Shown here: positions 13,603 through 24,264 of the stretch, piece by piece
Position numbering within the stretch: position 1 is the first letter of the stretch
Layout: each line of letters starts with the position of its first letter
The notes under the pieces: model-generated
What the model was told of the DNA's origin: nothing
The model's database searches: none
Seen by the model: only the letters and a program-made list of their open reading frames with translations
Position numbers and translations under genes: made by a program
Assembly: GCF_004010195.1 (NCBI RefSeq)
Contig: NC_057756.1
Coordinates: forward strand, 37,553-91,788
DNA: 54,236 nt
Direction of reading: 5' to 3'
Origin: Chiloscyllium plagiosum
Taxonomy: Eukaryota

Positions 13603-13911
13603 TAGATTAGATTACTTACAGTGTGAAAACAGGCCCTTTGGCCCAACCCGACCCGCCGAAGAGCAACCCACCCAGACCCATTCCCCTACATTTACCCCTT
13701 CACCTAACACTACGGGCAATTTAGCATGGCCAATTCACCTGACCTGCACATTTTTGGATTGTGGAAGGAAACCGGAGCACCCGGAGGAAACCCACGTAGA
13801 CACGGGGAGAATGGGCAAACTCCACACAGAGAATCGTCTAAGCTGGGAATTGAACCCGGGTCTCTGGCGCTGTGAGGCAGCAGGGCTAACCACTGTGCCA
13901 CCGTGCCACCC
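13603..13911 (-). mobile_element. HE1 SINE (tRNA-derived)
   Basis: Minus strand GGGTGGCACGGTGGCACAGTGGTTAGC...CCCGGGTTCAATTCC (A and B boxes), conserved core, (TCTAA)n tail. Confidence 0.92.
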
Positions 13912-14052
13912 ACATGGGGGAAAGAATAAAAGGGAACCTGAGGGGCAACTTTATGGAATGAGCTGCCAGCAGGAATGGTTGACACTAACAACATTTAAAA
14001 GGCTTTTAGACAAATATATGGATAGGAAAGGATTAGAAGGGTATGGGGGTCA

Positions 14053-14133
14053 TGATTAGAGTGGTGCTGGAAAAGTACAGCAGGTCAGGCAGATCAGGAA
14101 AATCGACATTTCAGGCAGGAGCCCTTCATCAGG
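14053..14133 (-). mobile_element. Penelope-derived short repeat inserted in CR1 tail
   Basis: Minus strand CCTGATGAAGGGCTCCTGCCTGAAATGTCGATTT. Confidence 0.65.
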
Positions 14134-14244
14134 CCAAGTGCTGGGAAATGGGGTTAGCATGGATGAACATTTCGGTCGGCATGGACCAGTTTGGGCCAAA
14201 GGGTCTGTCTCCATTCTGTAGGACTCTATGACTCTCTGGCTCTA

Positions 14245-14625
14245 ATATCTTTCCTATAAGAGGGAGACCAGAATTGAATGCAGTTTGCCAAAAGTGAGCT
14301 AACCAATGTCGCATACAGCTGCAACGTGGCCTCCCAACCTCTGTACTCAATGCACTAACCAGTAAAGGCAAGTGTACCAAACACCACATTCTCTACCCTG
14401 TCTACCTGCGACACCACTTTCAAGGAACTATGAACCTGCGCTTCAAGCTCTCTTTGTTCATCAACACTCCCTAGGACCTTACTATTTAGTGTATAAGTCC
14501 TGCCCTGATTTGCCCTCAAAATACAGCACCTCTTATTTATCTAGATTATACTCCATCTGCCACTCCTTGGCCCATTGGCCCATCTGATCAACCTGCCATT
14601 ATATTTAGAGCTAACCTTCTTTGCT
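14245..14625 (-). mobile_element. CR1 ORF2 fragment
   Basis: Similar to 5095-5470. Confidence 0.8.
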
Positions 14626-15649
14626 GAGTTGAGGTTGAAGCATTTCATTTTATTGCCTTCTATACCCAGCTGTGACCCGCAAAATAAATCCTTTTACTGA
14701 AGGCTCCATCAAGTATGATTTGAGTTATGCCAGATTAAAAAAAAGAAAGTGTTTCATGAAAATAAATGCTGATGGAATCTGGAAATTCCCTCTCCAAACA
14801 ACAACTTTACGTAGACCAGAATTAGAACCATATTGGAGGCGCTGGACCATGAGTGTGCCACATTAGGATAGTACAATGTGTACAAGCAAACATGAATAGT
14901 TGCTGCATGACGTAGTACTATTTCAGAAGCTAAGTGAATAGAAAAGGCAAACCAACATACATATTGTATGGGAAAAATAGTGTGTTTTGTCTCAAGCTGA
15001 GTCGTGTGATCAATGGAATTACATCTGGAACCCAACACCTTACACTTACCTTTAAATAAGATAAAACTTAGGCTCAAAGCCATCCCCTTGATATATTTTA
15101 AGGGGGTTCGGTCTGGTCCATATCAAGGGACCAACCCTTCAGTGACCTGTTGTAACCCATACAACAGGCTCTGCTCTGTTGCTAGGCAGAATTGAATGTC
15201 ACTAATGTCTTGGAATATGGTCAAATATGGCATTCTTGGAACTAAGTGTATACCTGAATTTTACAATATTCACCAAATACTGGCTGCTTTAGCATAAATT
15301 GAGACAATGAAAAGGACATTCGGCAGAGGTCTGAAATATTTACCCCGTTTCTTTCTCTTCACAGGTACGACCTAATCTGTTGATTGTTAATCGTCTCAAC
15401 CCAAGATTGCAAGAGGTTGTCAGGTTAGCATTCTAGGCCTAACCATCCTTAGTTATTTGTCAATGATATTCATATCCATGTAGAGTAAGACCTTCTTAAC
15501 ACCATCCATGACAAAGCACTCTGCTTGACTGATGTCCTAACCACCGCCTTCAGCACTGACAGTCAGGAGCAGCACAGCAACTTGCCAAGACTCCAAACCT
15601 ACAACCTGAGAAAAAAAGACAGCCAGAACAGCAAAAATAAGACATAAGA

Positions 15650-17285
15650 CAGATAAAGGTATGAGTCATGAGGGAGGGGTTTAGATTCAAGGACCACGAC
15701 AAGTGAATGGTCTGCATCTGAACCAGAATGGCACGAACATCTTTGCACAAAGACTCGTGCTGTTGGGAAGTGTTTAAATGAGTTCAGCAGAGGCAAGGAG
15801 TGTTAGTTCAATACTGGAACGGCATTGCTTAGAAAAGGAGCCAAGGCAGAGGGAGTTCAGCCACGATGAGCCTCAAGGCATGGTTTTACTTTAGTGGTAA
15901 GACATGCGTTAAGGGCATGGTTTGACATGTGGAATTGCAGTGTTGTTTCCATCATAGTAATGTGGTTGAGGGAGGATCAGAACTGGCAACTCAAATTTCC
16001 AGGTACAGGATCTTCAGGCAGAACAGGAGAAGGTATGAAAGGGGAGGTGATGTCTCATTATTACTTAAGGAGAGAGAAATGCAGCAAGGAGGGATGATAT
16101 TGAACATAGAACATTATAACGCAGTACAGGCCTTCGGCTCTCGATGTTGCGCTGACCTGTGGAACCAATCTGAAGTCCATCAATCCTACATTATTCCATT
16201 TTCATCCATATATTTATCCAATGACCTTAAAGTTGGCGAGTCTACAACTGTTGCAGGCATTACGTTCTACTACTCTCTGAGTAAGGAAACTACCTCTGTC
16301 ACCTGTCCTATATCTATCACCCCTCAAGTTAAAGCTACATCCACTCATGCTGGCCATCACCATCTGAGGAAAAAGCCTCTCCCTGTCCACCCTATCTAAC
16401 CCTCTGGTTATCTTATATGTCTCAATTAAGTCACCTCTCAACCTTCTTCTCTCCAATAAAAACAGCCTCAGGTCCATCAGCCTTTCGTCATAAGACGTTC
16501 CCTCCATACCAGACAGCATCCTAGTAAATATCCTCTGCACCCTTTCCAAAGTGTCCACATCCTTCCAATAATGTGGTGACCAGAACTGTATGCAATACTC
16601 CAAGGGTCATCAAATGAGACTTTCTGGCTAGAGCTTAGTAATAAAAAGGAAGAAGTTACACTTTGGAATGTTTTATAAGCTTCTAAACAGTCAACAGGCA
16701 TTTCAAAAGCAGAAATGTAGACAATTCAGTGAGGTGTGCAAAAATAATCAACATTCACTTGGAATATTGTTTTCAGTTCTGGTCGCCTCATTATAGAAAG
16801 GATATGGAAGCTTTAGAGAGGGTGCAAAGGAGATTTACCAGGATGCTGCCTGGATTGGGGGGCATGTCTAATGAAGAAAGGTTGAGGGAGCTTGGGCTTT
16901 TCACACTGGAGTGAAGAAGGATGAGAGGTGACTTGATAGAGGTGTACAAGATGATGAGAGGCAGAGATAGAGTGGATAGTCAGAGACTTTTTCCCAGGGC
17001 GGAAATGGCTTTCACGAGGGGGCATAATTTTAAGGTGATTGGAGAAAGGTTGAGCAGAGATCTAGGTAGGTTCTTTACACAGAGAGTGGTGGGTGCATGG
17101 AATGCACTGTGAGTGGTGGTAGTAGACTCAGATACATTAGGAACATTTAAGCGACTCTTGGATAGGCACATGGATGAAGTGAAATGAAGGGTATTAAGTT
17201 CGTTTGATCTTAGAGTAGGATAAAAGGTCGGCATAACATCGAGGGCCGAAGAGTCTGTACTGCATTGTACAGTTTGATGCTCTAT
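15650..17285. mobile_element. Cluster of CR1 fragments: + 15650-16100, - 16103-16600, + 16600-17285
   Basis: ORFs 16214-16603 (-), 16729-16914 and 16921-17112 (+) encode CR1 ORF2 C-terminal motifs (LEYCxQFWSP, RGDLIE). Confidence 0.85.
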
Positions 17286-17635
17286 ATCATCGCAGTCCCT
17301 CGCAGATGAGGATGACTCTCTTCCACTCACAGGGTGAGTCCATAGGTGGCTGCTGTGGCTAACCAATGTGGCTACTGCAGGGTCTGTTACACTTGGGCAG
17401 ATGGTGGTCACCCAAAGGGGAGGCGGGGCTTTGGTGCGGCAGTCCTGGCTTCCATTTTTTCCCGACGGCAAGTCTCCAGGTGCTCCACACCTTCCCGGAC
17501 GCTCCTCCTCCACTTCAGGACAGTCTTGAGCCATGTCTGTGGGAATGTCACCCTTGCTCAGTGAGGCCCTGAAGCACGCCCTCTGTTCACCTGAGACTCA
17601 CCTGCTGTTTCAGAGCTGTGAGTCGAGCACCTGAT
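17286..17635 (-). mobile_element. RTE-clade LINE 3' end
   Basis: Minus strand encodes AQDxxxW-type and Cys/His C-terminal motifs across frameshifts, followed by a short 3' UTR typical of RTE elements. Confidence 0.6.
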
Positions 17636-17659
17636 TTAAAATAGTACTAATATCAGGAA

Positions 17660-17945
17660 TTTTGCCTACCCAGTCCCATTTGCCAGCACCCAGTCCAATA
17701 CTCTCCAAACCCCTCCCATTCACACACCCATCCAAATGCCCCTCAAGTGCTACAATTGTGCCAACCCCCACCCCCACCCCCACCCCCACACAGGCACCAC
17801 CCTCTGTGCAAAAAAGCCTCTCCTCAAATTCCCTCTAAATTTTTCCCCTCTCACCCCAAATCTTTGCCCTCCTGTCCAGGACTCAACCACCCTATGGAAA
17901 TGATCTTGTCCATCCACCCCATCCATGTCCCTCACGATTCCACAA
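17660..17945 (-). mobile_element. CR1 3' fragment
   Basis: ORF 17750-17935 (FFAQRVV). Confidence 0.75.
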
Positions 17946-17947
17946 AC

Positions 17948-19155
17948 CTGGATTTCCTGAAGGCCTTTGATAAGGTGCTGCAGAGGAGGCCTTCTTCCGG
18001 AAGAAGGCCTTATGCCCGAAACGTCGATTCTCCTGTTCCCTGGATGCTGCCTGACCTGCTGCGCTTTTCCAGCAACACATTTCGAGACTAGATCATAGCA
18101 CAGATAGAAAATTGGCTGTCTGGCAGGAGGCAGAGAGTGGGGATAAAAGAGTCCTTCTCAGGATGGAAGCTGATGACTAGTGGTGTTCCACAAGGGTCAG
18201 TGTTGGGACCACAACTTTTCAACTTATACATTAATGATCTGGATGAAGGAACTGAGAACATTCTGGCTAAGTTTGCAAATGATACAAAGGTAAGTGGAGG
18301 GGCAGGTAATATTCTGGGGAGGCTGCAGAAAGATATAGACAGGCTAGGAGAATGGGCAAAGAAGTGGCAGATGAAATACAATGTGGGAAAGTGTAAGGTC
18401 ATGTACTTTGGTAGGAAGATTAAAGGTATGGGCTGTTTTCTAACTGGGGAGAAAATTTAGAAACCGGAAGTGCAAAAGGACTTGGGAGTCTTTGTCCTGG
18501 TTCCTCTTAAGGTAAACTTGCTGGTTGAGTCAGTAGTTAGAAAGGCAAATACAACATTGTCATACATCTCAAGAAGACTAGAATATAGAAGCAGGGATGT
18601 ACTTCTGAGGCTCTGTAAGGCTCTGATCAGACCACATTTAGAGCATTGTGAGCAATTTTGGGCCCTATATCTCAGGAAAGATGTATTGGCCATGGAGTAG
18701 GTCCGGAGGACGTTCACGAGAATGATCCTAGGAATGAGGACTCTGGGACTATACTTGATGGAGTTTAAAGGGATGAGGGGGCATCTGACTGAAACTTACA
18801 GAATACTGAATGGCCTAGACAGAGTGGACATTTCCATTGGCAGGAGAGACTAGGACCTGAGGGCACAGCCTTAGTGTAAAGGGAAGACCTTTTAGAGCGG
18901 AGATAAGGAGAAACTTCTTCAGCTAAAGAGTGGTGCCTCTGTGGAATTCTTTGGCACAGAAAGCTGTGGAGGCCCGGTCATTGGGTATAGTTAAAACAGA
19001 GATAGGTAAGTCCTTGATTGCCAAAGCGATCAAAGGTGAAGAGGAGAAAGTGGGAAAATGGGGTTGAAAAACCTGTCAGCCATGATTCAATGGTGGAGCA
19101 GACTTGATGGGCTGCATGGCCTAATTTCTGCCCCTATGTCTTATGGTCTTACGTC
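17948..19155 (+). mobile_element. CR1 LINE RT and 3' end, interrupted by a Penelope-derived repeat at 17990-18082
   Basis: DFxKAFDKV at 17950; ORF 18137-18460 GVPQGSVLGP; ORF 18470-18700. Confidence 0.9.
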
Positions 19156-19311
19156 TTATGACAGTCCATGGCTGCAACACAGGACTTTCCCGGACTGTAT
19201 CTGAATTAGCGTTATCTATAGCAGTCCTCTGTTAAATCTCAGCATTAACGTTGAAAAAAAAGTCCTTAGTAATTTGGGATTCTGATCAATTGTCACAACA
19301 AGAAGCCAGAG

Positions 19312-19472
19312 TCTAGATTAGAGTGGTGCTGGAAAAGCACATTTTTCCTGATGAAGGGCTTTTGCTCGAAATGTCGATTTTCCTGCTCACCGGATGCTGC
19401 CTGACCTGCTGTGCTTTTCCAGCACCACTCTGGTCAAGACTGTGGTTTCCAGCATCCGCAGTCCTCACTTTT
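19312..19472. mobile_element. Penelope-derived repeat with inverted partial duplication
   Basis: AGAGTGGTGCTGGAAAAGCAC (19320-19340) is the reverse complement of GTGCTTTTCCAGCACCACTCT (19411-19431); CTGATGA...GAAA motif starts at 19348. Confidence 0.7.
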
Positions 19473-19644
19473 ACAACAAGAAGCCAGCTCGCACCATCTT
19501 CTCCAGGATAATTAGGTCTGGGAAATAGCCAATGGGGAAATAAAAATATGATGTTTTCTGTTTTTATTACAGATATCCAATATATACAGCATTCGGCTTT
19601 TTGGTTAGTGAATAGAGAGAGGGAGGGCAACAGAGCGACAGAGT

Positions 19645-19676
<32 letters not shown>

Positions 19677-20309
19677 TCATAGGCCCTGTGGAAACAGGCT
19701 TTTCAGCCTAACGAGTCCACAATGACTCTGCGAAGAGTTTGCTCTCTGCTATCTTTGATTTCTGATCTCCCTAATCATCTAATCTTCCCTTGACCTTCAC
19801 TTTCCTTCTGTTTGCCACTCCTTGTTCTTCAGTAGCATAAAGCCACCTGTTTCTGTCCAAAAAACAGGAACTGTTTTCTCTGTCTCCTTAAAGGCTGTGT
19901 GGCTGCTATGTTTCTCCAGCACTTGCTTTTTGTTGAATATTTCAGATCTTCAGCATCCAGGGAGTATTTTTGTTTTGTGTCAGAATGGTGAGCAGTTTGG
20001 AGGGGAACTTAAGTGGCGGTGGTCGCATGTATCTACTGACTTTGACCTTCTCAATTGTTGTGGTCATGTTCTGGAAAGAATTAGAGTTTTTACATCATAG
20101 AAAAAGGCTGTTTAGCTCAACTGTGTCTACTCCAAACTTCAAGCATCTATCGATGCTAATTTCATTTTTCGACGCCTGTACCATAACCTGTTATGCTATG
20201 AAATTTGAAATGCTCCTTGATTGCCACTACTATCCTTTTAGGTGGTGAATTCCAGATATCCACCACCATCTAAACGAGAATATTTTTCCACAAATCCCCA
20301 TTAATCTGG

Positions 20310-21860
20310 TAAGATGGCGGTGGAGTAGGATGCTCCAATTGGAGCTTGTCCCTTCCAGCTGTTGTTTTTCTTTATCTCTCTCTTTTTCCTTCCTTCTGTG
20401 GTTTTTTTGACACCCGGCCCTGGCCTTGACTACCAGCCTTCGAAGCGGGGTCGGCAACCCAGGGTGGGGAAGCTGGTGATCAGTGTGCCCAGAGGAGGGA
20501 CGCCAGCGATCAGAGGCCTGGAGCAAGGATGCCATGACCAGTGGCCTGGAGTGGCGACGCCAATGATCAGTTGTGACCAGAGTGAGAACTCCAATGACCA
20601 GTGGTCTGGAGTGGGGATGCCAAAAACCAGTGTGGCTGGAGCAGGGACGGCAATGACCAGTGGCCTGGAGCAGGGACACCAGTGATCAGTGGTCTTGAGC
20701 AGGGACGCCAATGACAGTGGCCTGGAGCAGGGTTGCCAATGACCAGTGGCCAGAGCAGGGATGCCAATGACCAGTAGTCTCGAGCAGGGATGCCAATGAC
20801 CAGTGGCCAGAGCAGGGATGCCAATGACCAGTGGTCTCAAGCAGGGATGCAAATGACCAGTGGCCTGAAGCAGGAAAGCCAATGACCAGTGGCCAGAGCA
20901 GGGATGCCAGTGACCAGTGGTCTGGAGCAGGGACACCAAAGACAGTGTGGCTAGATCAGGGATGCCAATGACCAGTGATCTGGAGCAGGGATGCTAATGA
21001 CCAGTGTCCTGGAGCAGAAACACCAATGACCATGTTTCTAGAGCAGGGATGCCAATGACCAATGGTCTGGAGCAGGGACGCCAATGATCAGTGGCCTGGA
21101 GCAGGGATGCCAATGACTAGTGTGGCCGGAGCAGGGACGCCAATGACCAATGGTCTAGAGCAGGGACGCTAATGACTAGTGTGGCTTGAGCAGGGGATGC
21201 CAGTGTAGAGTGTGGTGGTAGCCAGTGACCAGTGTCCGGGAGCCGGGGTGCCAATGACCAGTGCGGCCAGAGCAAGGATGCCAATGACCAGTTTGGTCTG
21301 GAGCAGGGACGCCAATGACCAGTGTGGCCGGAGCAGGGATGCCAGTGACCAGTGTGTCCTGAGCTAGGATGCCAGGGACCAGTGGCCTGGAGTGAGGATG
21401 CCAGTGACCATGTGGCCTGGAGTGAGGATGCCAGTGATCATGTGGCTGGAGGGGGAGGCCAATGACTAGCGGCCCAGTGTAGAGTGTGGTGGTAGTTAGT
21501 GGTGAGGCCACGAGGTGGCCCCCCAGCTGATGTGCTGCACAGGACACTTGGGAGAGAGACTGTGATGTTTGTCTTTTTAACTTTGCTTCTTGCTTTTTCT
21601 GACCTATGGTTGTATGGTGTACAGCTGTAATGTCACTTTTTCCTTCTTCGTTTCGCTATTCTCTAACTAAGGATTGCACCTAGCCACTCTGAACCTAAGA
21701 TGATGCCATGCAATGGTGACATTGTTACACTTTAACTATCTTAACTGAGGAAGCTGTACTTAGGGACCTATATACCTAGATGGCACCGTAAGTGGCGACT
21801 TAAAAATGTTTCACTGTAGTCATTTGGCAATGAAGCTCATTCTGTTTAATTCAATTCAAA
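20310..21860 (+). mobile_element. Non-autonomous element with internal minisatellite
   Basis: Interrupts a CR1; starts AAGATGGCGG; ends in ATTCAATTCAA simple tail; no coding motifs. Confidence 0.55.
20470..21480. repeat. Minisatellite, 29-31 bp unit, consensus GAGCAGGGATGCCAATGACCAGTGGCCTG, roughly 30 copies
   Basis: Directly visible head-to-tail repeats with small indels and no unique spacers. Confidence 0.95.
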
Positions 21861-22482
21861 CCTTCTGCGCCCCTTAGTTATTGAGCTCTCTACTAAAGGG
21901 AAAGCTCTCTACTAATGCCATTTGTAACATTGTACATCTCAATCAATTCTCCCCTCAGATGTACCAAATAACTCTAGTTCGCCAAGTCTCTCTTTACAGC
22001 TTTTAGTCCAGGCAACATCCATTTAAATCTCCTCTGCACCATAGCTCATGTGATCACAGTACTCAAGCTGTGGTCTAACTAATGTTATATACACCTCCAT
22101 CATAACCTCTTTGCTCTTGAATTCAATAATAAAGACAAGCATCCCAAATGCTTTCTTAACCAGTTTGTCTACCTCTCCTGTTCTCTTCAAGTATCTATGG
22201 ATATGCACATCTAGGTCCCTCTGACCCCTGGACTTCCCAGGTGTTGTGGTCATGTCCACCGGGTCACTCTAATCCACTGTACTTCTTAAGATCCTAAAAT
22301 GGATCACGTCAAACTTTTTCAGGATTAATTACCAATTTCCAGTGTTCCATCCATCAGGCAAGCATGTCTATATCATGCTGTACTCTAAGGCTTTCCTCAT
22401 CACGATTTATCACACCACTAATTTTCATGCTATGTGCGAATTTACTGATCGCATCCCTCCATTCATGTGTAGATCGTTAAGG

Positions 22483-22688
22483 GCTGAAAATGTGTTGCTG
22501 GAAAAGCGCAGCAGGGCAGGTAGCATCCAAGGAGCAGGAGAATTGACGTTTCGGGCATGAGCCCTTCTTCGGGCTCATGCCCGAAACGTCGATTCTCCTG
22601 CTCCTTGGATGCTGCCTGACCTGCTGCGCTTTTCCAGCAGCACATTTTCAGCTCTGATCTCCAGCATCTGCAGTCCTCACTTTCTCCT
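22483..22688. mobile_element. Head-to-head inverted pair of Penelope-derived repeats
   Basis: 22483-22565 is the reverse complement of 22572-22655 with few mismatches. Confidence 0.8.
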
Positions 22689-23164
22689 AGTAGATCATTA
22701 AGGGATCAAACTCCATGGAATGCCACTGAACACAAGCTTCCAGTCACAGAAACAGAAACAGCCTTCAGCCATTATCCCCTGCCATTAAGCCAAGTTTGGA
22801 TCCAAGTTGCCAAATTGTCCTGGCTGAGGGGTCTTTTAGCTTCTGAATGAACCAATCTACCATGCAAAGCCTTTCTGATATATAGAACAGTGACATGGTT
22901 TCGGTGACGTGGTGTGACTCCAGGCCAGAGCTGGGCCCGAGTACCTGACGGCAGAAGCAGTGGAATTCAGGTGCCTGGGGCACCACATGAGGGGATAGAT
23001 TTTGTGGCTTTGTTTTTCTGATGGTAAGGACTCATGATGGATGCGAGGAGTAATTTCTTTTCTTTTGGCTGTTTCTTTTATTCCTGGTTCTGTTTATGAT
23101 CTGTCTTTATATGCTGGAGAATGGCAACTTTGTACATTTTCCATTGTATTGCTGTAGTCCTGCA

Positions 23165-24165
23165 TCATAGTGTCAGAGAGCTCTATAGCACAAAAATGGA
23201 CCATTTGGTCCAATTTGTCAATTGCCGACCAGACGTCCTAAATTAATCCAGTCCCATTTGCCAGCATTTGGCCCAGATCCCTCTAAAACCTTCCTATTCA
23301 TATAACCATCCAGATGGCTTTTAAATGTTGTAATTATACCAACTACCACCCTTTCCTCTGGCAGCTTATTTTGCATACATGCACCACCCTCTGCATGATA
23401 ATGTTGCCCCTCAGGGCTCTTTTAAATTGTTCTCCTTTTATCTATGCCCTTTTGTTTTGGACTCCCCTACCCTGGAAAAAGAAACCTTGATGATTCACTC
23501 TACCCACGCCCCTCATAATTTTGTAAACTTCGATAAGGTCACCCATCAGCTTTTGACACTCCAGGGAAAATAGCCTTAGCCTATTCAACCTCTCCCTATA
23601 GCCCAAACCCTCCAACTCTGGCAGCATCCTTGAAAATCTTTCTCAACCCTTTCAAGTTTAATGACATATTTTCTCTAGCAGGGAGGCCAGATTGGAACAG
23701 AATACAGTCGGCTCTGATATAGCACAATAGTTGCGTTCTCATGCAATCTTGTGTTATAAGAAAACCGCGCAATAGCTGTTCCATTAAACTAATGGGGGCC
23801 AGAATCGCGTTATAGCCAATGTAAGGAAAGTTTGCGTTCTACAAATAATGGTCTAAATTCTTCCATCACCTTAAAGCAATTCGTGTGAAGAAATACGCAT
23901 TATAACAGAACTCACTGTATGAAGGGCTTATGCCCAAAACGTCAATTTACCTGCTCCTCAGATGCTGCCTGACCTGCTGTACTTTTCCAGTGCCAGACTT
24001 TTCGACTCTGTATTCCAAAAGTGGCCTCACCAATGTCCTGTACAGCTGCAATATGATCTCCCAACTCCTATCCTAAAGGCAAGCATGCCAAATGCCTTCT
24101 TCACTCGCCTATTTACCTGTGCCTCCACTTTCAAGGAACTATGAACCTGTACTTCATGGTCTCTT
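23165..24165 (-). mobile_element. CR1 3' portion interrupted by a MITE and a Penelope-derived repeat (23918-24015)
   Basis: ORF 23442-23627 (MGDLIEVYKIMRG); CR1 resumes at TATTCCAAAAGTGGCC near 24010. Confidence 0.85.
23705..23917. mobile_element. Tc1/mariner (Tigger-like) MITE
   Basis: Flanked by TA on both sides; imperfect TIRs CAGTCGGCTCTGATATA vs CAGTGAGTTCTGTTATA (13/17 identical). Confidence 0.65.
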
Positions 24166-24264
24166 TGTTCGGAGGGTCTGTGTGGACTTGATGGGCAGAA
24201 TGGCCTGCTTCCACACTGTAGGGATTCTATGATACAATTTTCTTTGGGCGAGAGCTCGTCTTGG

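Larger units (their letters stand above)
11257..14232 (+). mobile_element. Decayed CR1 LINE ORF2 carrying three nested insertions
   Basis: ORF pieces 11608-11805, 11952-12185, 12856-13047 (GVPQGSVLGP, FADD) and 13076 onward; tail CTCTATGACTCT near 14225. Confidence 0.9.
20095..22870 (-). mobile_element. Old CR1 LINE split by insertions at 20310-21860 and 22483-22688
   Basis: CR1 3' sequence stops near 20308 and resumes near 21859; ORF 22023-22259 (LVRPQLEYC). Confidence 0.7.

Noticed and set aside
13076..14059. 327-aa ORF as a novel gene
   Set aside because: Chance read-through of CR1 ORF2 into an antisense HE1 SINE and back into CR1 sequence.
20470..21480. CRISPR-like array of ~30-bp repeats
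   Set aside because: Units are contiguous with no unique spacers, there are no cas genes, and the context is vertebrate; it is a minisatellite.
20230..21547. Repetitive ORFs over the minisatellite
   Set aside because: By-products of the repeat; unit length varies from 29 to 31 bp, so no frame is preserved.
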